A program made the translations under genes and the position numbers. The notes below the pieces were generated by a model. That model was not told the origin of the DNA, ran no database searches, and was given only the letters and a program-made list of their open reading frames with translations. Positions 35,758-43,277 of a stretch of DNA of 64,000 nucleotides are shown here, in pieces (position 1 is the first letter of the stretch; each line of letters starts with the position of its first letter). The stretch comes from Endomicrobiia bacterium (GTDB lineage: Bacteria; Elusimicrobiota; Endomicrobiia; DTEH01), in NCBI GenBank assembly GCA_025059805.1, contig JANXDG010000065.1:3234-67233 (forward strand), given 5' to 3'.

Positions 35758-36710
35758 ATATTCAAAAAGTTTAGTTGTTTTTCTTCCTTTTTAGTTATCA
35801 AATTGTCAAAGTTTAATTTTTTCTCAAAACGTCTTAGGGTACATTTTACATATTCAAAATTTTTTTCTATCATAGTAAAATTTCTACCAAGAAAATAAGC
35901 TACATACCCTGTTGTACCAACACCTGCCATCGGGTCTAAAATAAGGTCGTTTTCTTTAGTAGAAGTAAGTATTACTCTTCTCAACAGTTCTATAGGTTTC
36001 TGTGTAGAATGACATTTCTTGCCATGTTCGTCTTTAAGTCTTTCTTTACCACTGCAAATAGGTAACACCCAAACATTTGTTCCCGTACTTCCGAAACCAA
36101 AGATTTTTGCATAGTTTCTGTTAAATGTATACTTCTTAACATTCTTATCTTTCACTGCCCAAATAAGTGTTTCAGTAGCATTCGTAAATCTTACTCCTAA
36201 CCAGTTTGGCATAGGATTTGTCTTCAACCAGATAACATCGTTTAGTATCCAATAACCTAAATCTTGTAAAATTTTACCTATCCTAAAAATACTATGGTAT
36301 GTGGAAATTATCCATAAAGTAGCGTTTGGTTTCATTACACGTTTAGTTTCAAAAAGTAATCTTTTAATAAAGTTGTCGTATTCTTCAAACGAAGAAAATT
36401 TATCCCATTGATCGTTCACACCATCAACTTTTGTTTTAACTTTCCACCTTCTTAATTCTTTACCTGACAGTTGTAAAAAATAAGGCGGATCTATGAACAC
36501 CATATCAAATGTTTCATCTTTAATTCTTTTTAATATTTCAAAAGCATCACCATATATTATACTATTTTTTATCTCATTTACAGAAAATTCTTTATTAAGC
36601 TGGAATGAATCAATCAAATATATCTTCCTTGCCATCGTACCAACTTCTGTTGGTACTACATAATTTGCAGCATTTTCTTTTACTTTACTTCTATTTCTCA
36701 ATTTTTTCAT
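35754..36710 (-). CDS. beta-class N6-adenine DNA methyltransferase, CcrM/M.HinfI-like (probable GANTC specificity)
   Basis: FIDPPY, then WDKFSSFEEYDNF, STYHSIFRIG, QDLGYWILNDVIWLKTNPMPN, ETLIWA, KYTFN, HSTQKP and LDPMAGVGTTG. This is colinear with CcrM/M.HinfI as I remember them. Confidence 0.8.
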   Translation of the reverse strand: MKKLRNRSKVKENAANYVVPTEVGTMARKIYLIDSFQLNKEFSVNEIKNSIIYGDAFEILKRIKDETFDMVFIDPPYFLQLSGKELRRWKVKTKVDGVNDQWDKFSSFEEYDNFIKRLLFETKRVMKPNATLWIISTYHSIFRIGKILQDLGYWILNDVIWLKTNPMPNWLGVRFTNATETLIWAVKDKNVKKYTFNRNYAKIFGFGSTGTNVWVLPICSGKERLKDEHGKKCHSTQKPIELLRRVILTSTKENDLILDPMAGVGTTGYVAYFLGRNFTMIEKNFEYVKCTLRRFEKKLNFDNLITKKEEKQLNFLNI

Positions 36711-36715
36711 AGTTG

Positions 36716-37633
36716 TTAAGTTTTAACTATTACACCTTGGTTGACAAAAAACAAAATTTCAACTTTACAGTTAACAAACTTTCTTAATCTCATCCAAATT
36801 TTTTCTTTAAAATCCTCCTCTAACTGTGTTTTTTTGTAAAGCGCAATAATTGCAGAACCTGAGCCGCTTAACATACAACATAATGCTTTGTTTTCTAAAC
36901 AAGTATTGAATACATTATCAATCCATGGCATAAGTTTTTTTCTATATGGCTGGTGTAAAAAATCTACTGTTGCAAATTTTAAAAACTCATATTTTTTAGA
37001 AACAATGACAGCTACTAATAACGATACGTTTGAAACATTTTTTACTGCATCTACAAAACTTACTTTTTCAGGAAGTACTTTCCTTGCTTTCTCCGTAGCA
37101 ATTTTTTCTTCAGGAATTATTATTAAAACAGCTAAATCTTTTGGTGGATTAAGTTTAACAAACTTCACTTCACCATCAACTAAAGTTGTTACACACAAGC
37201 CGCCAAACATACAAGGAACTACATTGTCAGGATGTCCTTCAAGTTCAGCTGCTATGTTAATAAGTTCATATTCAGACAACGGCTCGCCACATAAAATATT
37301 GCCTGCAACTACACCCGCAACATATGCTGTAGCTGACGAGCCAAGTCCGCGTTGTAACGGAATGTTGTTTTTGATGCTGATTTCTAATGAAGGTATTGTA
37401 GTTCCAACTTTTTGAAAAATTTTTTTCATTGCATGATAAAAATGGTTTTTTTCATCTTTAGGAATATAATCAGCATCTATCCCTTCAACAAAAACATTGA
37501 TTTTTTTACCCACTGTTGGTAAAACTTTTACTTCAAACTCGTTATACAAAGATAAAGCTGCACCTAAACAGTCAAACCCTGGACCTAAATTTGCAGTTGT
37601 TGCTGGCACTTTTATTTTTATTCTATGCTTCAT
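36716..37633 (-). CDS. thrB: homoserine kinase
   Basis: VPATTANLGPGFD and GLGSSA (GHMP kinase motifs). Start trimmed to ATG 37633 (MKHRIKI); the longer ORF overlaps thiC. Confidence 0.88.
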   Translation of the reverse strand: MKHRIKIKVPATTANLGPGFDCLGAALSLYNEFEVKVLPTVGKKINVFVEGIDADYIPKDEKNHFYHAMKKIFQKVGTTIPSLEISIKNNIPLQRGLGSSATAYVAGVVAGNILCGEPLSEYELINIAAELEGHPDNVVPCMFGGLCVTTLVDGEVKFVKLNPPKDLAVLIIIPEEKIATEKARKVLPEKVSFVDAVKNVSNVSLLVAVIVSKKYEFLKFATVDFLHQPYRKKLMPWIDNVFNTCLENKALCCMLSGSGSAIIALYKKTQLEEDFKEKIWMRLRKFVNCKVEILFFVNQGVIVKT

Positions 37634-37647
37634 AAGAAAACACAAAT

Positions 37648-38934
37648 TTAAATTCCTATTTTTGTAGATTCTCGCATTGCACAGTAAGGACCACACATTG
37701 AACATACTTTTTTTGTTTTGCTTTCTATTTTTTTATGTTCCAGTTGAAACTTTATAGGATCAATAGCATACTTTTGTTGCAAACGCCAGTTAAGTGCCTT
37801 CCTTGATTTTGACATCGCAAGATCTATATCAACAACATTGTATTTTTTTCTTTTCACGATATCAGCAGCATGTGCTGCGATACGTGCTGCTATCACACCT
37901 TCGTAGACATCCTGTGGTGTAGGTAACCTTAAATGTTCAGCAGGTGTAACATAGCATATCAGGTCAGCACCAGCCATCGCTGCTATCGCTGCACCTATAG
38001 CTGAATTTATATGGTCGTATCCCGCTGCTATGTCTGTTACTAACGGTCCTAAGAGATAAAACGGTTTACCACCAGTAAGTTTTTTTTCTAATTTTACATG
38101 TGCTTCAATAGTATCCATTGGCATATGGCCAGGACCTTCAATCATTACTTGTACACCTTCTTTGTTTGCAATTTTTGAAAGTTCAGCTAAAGTTTTAAGT
38201 TCTGCAATTTGTGCCTTATCATTGGCGTCAGCTAGAGCTCCTGGTCTTAATCCATCACCTAAACTTAATGTAAGATTGTACTTTTTTGCAATTTTAAGTA
38301 GTTCATCAAAATCCTCATATAATGGATTTTCTTTATTGTTTTTAATTATCCATTCAGCTAAAAATGCGCCACCTCGACTTACAATACCGCATACACGTCT
38401 ATTTTTTCTTAGTATCTCCAGATTTTTTTTGGTAACACCACAATGAACGGTTATAAAATCAATCCCATCCTCTGCATGTTTTTCAATAACTTCAAAAATT
38501 TGCTCTTTTGTGATATCTTTTACTTTTCTACCTTTTTTCAATGTTTCACAAACAACCTGGTAGATCGGTACAGTCCCAACTGGCACAGGCGAATTTTCTA
38601 AGATCTTTTTCCTAATAAAATCTATATCCCCTCCGGTAGAAAGGTCCATCACAGTATCAGTTTTAGCACTAACTGCAGCATTGAGTTTTTTAAGTTCTAA
38701 CTTAATATCTACAAGATCTGGCGAGGTACCGATGTTAGCATTAACTTTTGTTCTTAAATTCCTACCTACAGCAGAAGGTTTGACCTTTGACTTTATATTC
38801 CACAATACTACAGTCCTACCTTTAATTATGTCATCAATCAAACTGGTTAATTCAACTTTTTCTTCCGTTGATATTTTTTTAACCAAGCTTAAAAAAGTAC
38901 TATCTTTGGCTTTTAAAGCATCTATTATGGTCAT
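37648..38934 (-). CDS. thiC: phosphomethylpyrimidine synthase (short form)
   Basis: 428 aa. GTVPIYQ, IEGPGHMPM and C-terminal CSMCGPYCAM (CX2CX4C radical-SAM-type cluster site of ThiC). Confidence 0.9.
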   Translation of the reverse strand: MTIIDALKAKDSTFLSLVKKISTEEKVELTSLIDDIIKGRTVVLWNIKSKVKPSAVGRNLRTKVNANIGTSPDLVDIKLELKKLNAAVSAKTDTVMDLSTGGDIDFIRKKILENSPVPVGTVPIYQVVCETLKKGRKVKDITKEQIFEVIEKHAEDGIDFITVHCGVTKKNLEILRKNRRVCGIVSRGGAFLAEWIIKNNKENPLYEDFDELLKIAKKYNLTLSLGDGLRPGALADANDKAQIAELKTLAELSKIANKEGVQVMIEGPGHMPMDTIEAHVKLEKKLTGGKPFYLLGPLVTDIAAGYDHINSAIGAAIAAMAGADLICYVTPAEHLRLPTPQDVYEGVIAARIAAHAADIVKRKKYNVVDIDLAMSKSRKALNWRLQQKYAIDPIKFQLEHKKIESKTKKVCSMCGPYCAMRESTKIGI

Positions 38935-39039
38935 TTTAGTATTCTATACTGATGGTTATATTTAAAATATTGATATAATAAAATTAATACAATAATTCAA
39001 CCGAAGCGGATAATCTCTTTTTCTAATAGCAGAATAGAA

Positions 39040-39783
39040 TTAATTCAAACTACTAAGTGTTCGTCTGAAAAGTAATGCTATTTCTTTATTTGTTGTTTTG
39101 TTTATACTATAATATGGTATTGGAGAGAAAATTTTTATGAACACGTCATTCTCAGGTTGTACTTTGCCAAATTCTTTCCAAACTCTACCAATTTTTAAGA
39201 AATCTGTTTTCACACATACAGGCAGTATGTCTAGTTGAAATTTTTTTGCAAGTTTAACCCCAAGTGAACTAAATTTGTCTACATCAATATAATAACTTCG
39301 TGTAGCTTGTGGAAAAATAATTATTGAGACTCCATTTTTTATCAATTTCTCCGCCTGTGTTTTTACTATGTCATAGTCTTTTTTAGGATCTTTTCTGCTT
39401 ACAACAATAGGATTTAAAAACCTTAATATCCTTCCAAAAAATGGATAGAATATCAGACTTTTTTTGGCAATAAAACTTATACTAAAAAATCTACCAAATA
39501 TATATCCGAAGATAAACGTTTCTAAGCTGCTCATGTGGTTGGATATGATAACAACTGGACGATTAATTGTGGCTAATATTTGCTCACCTTCTATATAAAC
39601 TTTTGTACCAAATTTTCTTACAAGGTCTACAATTTTTTTTGAATATTCAACATATATTTGCCAATTAAACTGATGAAATATTATTTTAAAATAAGCACTT
39701 AAAAAAATTTTTATCAAGATTAAATAAAAATATAGTGATACAAAAATGTGAAAAGAAACCTTTTTAGTAGAGTGGCTAGTCAT
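39040..39783 (-). CDS. lysophospholipid acyltransferase family protein (PlsC-like) with N-terminal membrane helix
   Basis: NHMSSLE (H-x4-D/E block) and FPQATRS (FPEGTR-like block). Confidence 0.7.
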   Translation of the reverse strand: MTSHSTKKVSFHIFVSLYFYLILIKIFLSAYFKIIFHQFNWQIYVEYSKKIVDLVRKFGTKVYIEGEQILATINRPVVIISNHMSSLETFIFGYIFGRFFSISFIAKKSLIFYPFFGRILRFLNPIVVSRKDPKKDYDIVKTQAEKLIKNGVSIIIFPQATRSYYIDVDKFSSLGVKLAKKFQLDILPVCVKTDFLKIGRVWKEFGKVQPENDVFIKIFSPIPYYSINKTTNKEIALLFRRTLSSLN

Positions 39784-40402
39784 ATAGAGATTTAATTTTT
39801 TTTATGACGATTGGATCAAGTTGTGATATTGCAGAAATCACAGCAACAGCATCAGCACCATTTCTTTTAATATCGTCAACATTATTTTGGTTAATACCTC
39901 CTATGGCGACTACCGGGACTTTGTTTTTATATGCTAAAAGTTTTACCCTATGTAACGTCTCAACGCCAACAGGTTCATATTCTGGCTTTGACAAAGTTTC
40001 AAATATAGGACCAATTGAAATATAATCAACTGGCAGTTTCAACGCTTTTTTTGCTTGTTCATAAGAATGTGTTGAAAACCCTATTATAAAATTTTTAAGT
40101 CCACAGGATTTGGCAATTTTGCGAGCAACAAGTGGTGAGATATCATCTTGGCCAAGATGTACACCGTCGGCATTTATACTAATTGCTATGTCTATTCTAT
40201 CGTCTATTATAAATAGTATATCCTTATTTTTCAGGATATCTTTTATTTTTTTAGCTAAATCATAAAAAAATCTGTCTGATTTCTGTTTTATCCTTAATTG
40301 TATTAGATTAGGACGAAACTTTACAAGTTTTTTTACAAAATCTGTGTATTCAAGTATGCTATTTAATTCGGGTAAAATACAGTATAATCCTTTTATTCTC
40401 AC
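39776..40402 (-). CDS. thiE: thiamine-phosphate synthase
   Basis: GVHLGQDD, GFSTH, GPIFETLSK and VVAIGGI. GTG start overlapping the upstream stop (GTGA). Confidence 0.88.
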   Translation of the reverse strand: MRIKGLYCILPELNSILEYTDFVKKLVKFRPNLIQLRIKQKSDRFFYDLAKKIKDILKNKDILFIIDDRIDIAISINADGVHLGQDDISPLVARKIAKSCGLKNFIIGFSTHSYEQAKKALKLPVDYISIGPIFETLSKPEYEPVGVETLHRVKLLAYKNKVPVVAIGGINQNNVDDIKRNGADAVAVISAISQLDPIVIKKIKSLYD

Positions 40403-40800
40403 TTCAAAAATTTTTTTACAACTTCTTTTTCAATTTCGTATACTTTATACCTCAAGTTTTTAACTTCCGCTACCTTCTTTACACATTGTAACTTTGCAAT
40501 TTCTTCTAATACTCTTAATGATTCAGTTACACGATGAAAGTTTGATACTACAATTTCATTAATATTTTTATATTTTTTCTCTTTAGCAGTTCTACCCGGG
40601 TCAGAGTCACTGCTACGTCCAAATATCATTGTAGGATAAAATTCTATAAAAATCCTTACTATCTTGTGTCTAATTTGACGAAGTTGTTTGTAAATTTTAT
40701 CTTCATTAAAAACAAAACGCAATGTATCTTCTATCACTCGTAATCCTTCTGTTATTCTGTTTAGATTAGCATCTAATATTCTTAGAATTTCTTTTTTCAA
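40399..40800 (-). CDS. ThiE-associated small protein (ThiD2-like domain that is often fused to the N-terminus of ThiE)
   Basis: 133 aa. [22 protein letters not shown] and [17 protein letters not shown] are the repeated helical motifs I associate with that domain. TTG start overlapping the hldC stop (TTGA). Confidence 0.45.
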   Translation of the reverse strand: MKKEILRILDANLNRITEGLRVIEDTLRFVFNEDKIYKQLRQIRHKIVRIFIEFYPTMIFGRSSDSDPGRTAKEKKYKNINEIVVSNFHRVTESLRVLEEIAKLQCVKKVAEVKNLRYKVYEIEKEVVKKFLK

Positions 40801-41249
40801 AGTTTTTGTATTTTCCTAATAAGATTAGTTGTTGACCTTCCTTTAACAAGTTTTACTCTTACCACTTTTGGTACTATACCCCAACCAACAATTTCTTTCT
40901 TTTTATAATCACCACCTTTAACAACAATATGTGGTTTCAGTTCTGTAATTAGCTTATACGGTGTTAACTCATTAAAAAAAACGACATAATCAACAAATCT
41001 TATACTATTAAGTAATTCTGCACGGTCTAGTTCTGAGTTAACAGGACGACTTTTACCTTTAAGTTTTTTTACTGAAGCATCGGTATTTAAACCAACAACT
41101 AAAACGTCTCCTAAACTTCTCGCCTTTTTTAACAGTTTAATATGGCCTTTATGAATTATATCAAAACATCCGTTAGTAAACACAATTATCTTGTTTTGTT
41201 TCTTTAGTCTCTCTACTATTTTTTTCAGTTTAGCAAGTGAAATAATCAT
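40797..41249 (-). CDS. hldC: D-glycero-beta-D-manno-heptose 1-phosphate adenylyltransferase (RfaE domain II only)
   Basis: [35 protein letters not shown] and VVKGGDY. Colinear with E. coli HldE domain II. Confidence 0.85.
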   Translation of the reverse strand: MIISLAKLKKIVERLKKQNKIIVFTNGCFDIIHKGHIKLLKKARSLGDVLVVGLNTDASVKKLKGKSRPVNSELDRAELLNSIRFVDYVVFFNELTPYKLITELKPHIVVKGGDYKKKEIVGWGIVPKVVRVKLVKGRSTTNLIRKIQKL

Positions 41250-41251
41250 AA

Positions 41252-41827
41252 CTAACTACATAAATGTTTTTCAACAAGCTCACAGATTATATGTATGATA
41301 GTTATATGCAACTCCTGTATTCTGGGAGTTTCATCAGAAGGAACACGTATACAATAGTCAACCACTTCTTTTAGTTTACCACCAGTTTTACCTGTAAGTC
41401 CTATTCTTACACAACCTATTTTTTCTGCTACCTCCATAGCTTTTATCACATTTATTGCGTTACCACTTGTAGATATACCAAATACTACATCACCTTTCTT
41501 TGCACATGCCTCTAATTGTCTACTAAATGTAATGTCATATGAGTAATCATTACTTAATGCTGTAAGTATTGAGGTGTTCGTAGTTAACACTACAGCATCT
41601 AACGCTTTCCTTTCTTTTTTAAATCTACCGACTAACTCTGCTGCCATATGTTGTGCATCAGCTGCTGAACCACCATTGCCAAAAATTATAACTTTGTTCC
41701 CTTTTTTATACGCCTTGATTATTTTTTTTACTATTTCTTCTAAAAGTTTCAGCTGTTCAGTATCGCCTAGGTACTTTTGTTTAGCCAGTATACTTTCTTG
41801 AAGCGCATTTATTATTGCATCTTTCAT
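41252..41827 (-). CDS. gmhA: phosphoheptose isomerase (SIS domain)
   Basis: [16 protein letters not shown] and ISTSGN. Start placed at ATG 41827 (MKDAIIN), 8 nt after GGAG; the track start at 41860 is a TTG. Confidence 0.88.
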   Translation of the reverse strand: MKDAIINALQESILAKQKYLGDTEQLKLLEEIVKKIIKAYKKGNKVIIFGNGGSAADAQHMAAELVGRFKKERKALDAVVLTTNTSILTALSNDYSYDITFSRQLEACAKKGDVVFGISTSGNAINVIKAMEVAEKIGCVRIGLTGKTGGKLKEVVDYCIRVPSDETPRIQELHITIIHIICELVEKHLCS

Positions 41828-41963
41828 ATATTCACTCCAGTTAAATTTTTTAGAATACAAATTTATTATAAAGTTACATATAAAAATTTATCATTTTTTG
41901 CAATGATAAGTTAAATATTGAAATATTAAGCTGTAATTTATATGTTAATAGCCCACCAAAAAT

Positions 41964-43271
41964 ATGAGAATGTATGATATAATTATAAAAAAACGTAACA
42001 ACCAACCGTTAACTAACGAAGAAATAAAATTTATCGTCTCAGGTTATGTCAACGGTATCATACCAGACTATCAAATGTCAGCATTACTTATGGCTATATA
42101 TTTTAACGGTATGACTGATGATGAACTTGCACAATTTACATTAAGCATGACACAATCAGGTAAAATTTTTGATCTCTCACACATTAGCAAACCTAAGGTT
42201 GACAAACATTCAACTGGTGGTGTAGGAGATGGTGTATCATTATCGTTAGCACCGTTAGTTGCAAGTTGCGATGTAGCAGTGCCTATGATTTCAGGCCGTG
42301 GCCTTGGACATACCGGAGGTACCTTAGATAAGCTAGAATCAATTCCAGGCTTTACTGTAAATCTTAGTGATAAAGAATTTTTTGAACAACTTGACAATAT
42401 TGGTGTAGTTATAGCAGGACAAACTGATGATTTAGTCCCTGCAGATAAAAAAATATATGCTTTACGAGATACAACTGCTACTGTTGATTCTATACCGTTA
42501 ATTGCGGCTTCTATAATGAGCAAGAAGCTTGCTGAAGGTACTGATGCATTATTGTTAGATGTGAAAACTGGCAACGGTGCGTTTATGGAGAACTATAACG
42601 ATGCTGTATCTCTTGCAAAAACTATGGTCAAAATAGGGAAAGACTGTGGTAAAAAAATGTTAGCACTTATAACTGATATGAACCAACCCCTTGGTGAATA
42701 TATTGGTAATGCACTTGAAGTTTATCAAGCAATAAAGATACTAAAAAATGAAGGACCTAAAGACATAACAGAACTTGTAATATACGAATCTGCAAAAATG
42801 TTAATCCTTGCTGGTGTTGAAAAAAATTTTGATACCGCAAAAAATAGAATAATATCAAACCTTACATCAGGTAAAGGTTTAGAAAAGTTTAAAAAATTAA
42901 TTGAAGTACAAAAAGGTAATCCTAAAATTGTTGATAATCCTGAACTCTTACCACAGGCTCAATATTGTGAACCGGTTACTTCAACAATTTCTGGTTTTGT
43001 TTCACATATTGACACCAAAGCAATAGGTTTCGCTTGCTGTATACTTGGTGCTGGCCGCGAGAAAATTACTGACAGAATTGACCATTCGGTAGGTTTGCGT
43101 ATAGTAAAAAAACTTGGTGATTATGTTCATACAGGTGAACCGATTGTCTACATATATTATAACGATAAGACTAAATTTGAAAAAGCAAAAAATTTAATTT
43201 TATCCTCCTTTAGCATAACTGAACAAAAATTAGGAAAACAAATTAATTTAGTATATGAAGAGATATCATAA
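41964..43271 (+). CDS. pdp: pyrimidine-nucleoside (thymidine) phosphorylase
   Basis: MRMYDIIIKKRNNQPLT N-terminus, HSTGGVGD and SGRGLGHTGGTLDKLE. Confidence 0.9.
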   Translation: MRMYDIIIKKRNNQPLTNEEIKFIVSGYVNGIIPDYQMSALLMAIYFNGMTDDELAQFTLSMTQSGKIFDLSHISKPKVDKHSTGGVGDGVSLSLAPLVASCDVAVPMISGRGLGHTGGTLDKLESIPGFTVNLSDKEFFEQLDNIGVVIAGQTDDLVPADKKIYALRDTTATVDSIPLIAASIMSKKLAEGTDALLLDVKTGNGAFMENYNDAVSLAKTMVKIGKDCGKKMLALITDMNQPLGEYIGNALEVYQAIKILKNEGPKDITELVIYESAKMLILAGVEKNFDTAKNRIISNLTSGKGLEKFKKLIEVQKGNPKIVDNPELLPQAQYCEPVTSTISGFVSHIDTKAIGFACCILGAGREKITDRIDHSVGLRIVKKLGDYVHTGEPIVYIYYNDKTKFEKAKNLILSSFSITEQKLGKQINLVYEEIS

Positions 43272-43277
43272 AATTCT

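Noticed and set aside
38935-39039. Expected TPP riboswitch upstream of thiC.
   Set aside because: None of the conserved aptamer segments are present on either strand. I reported it as an absence rather than as a feature.
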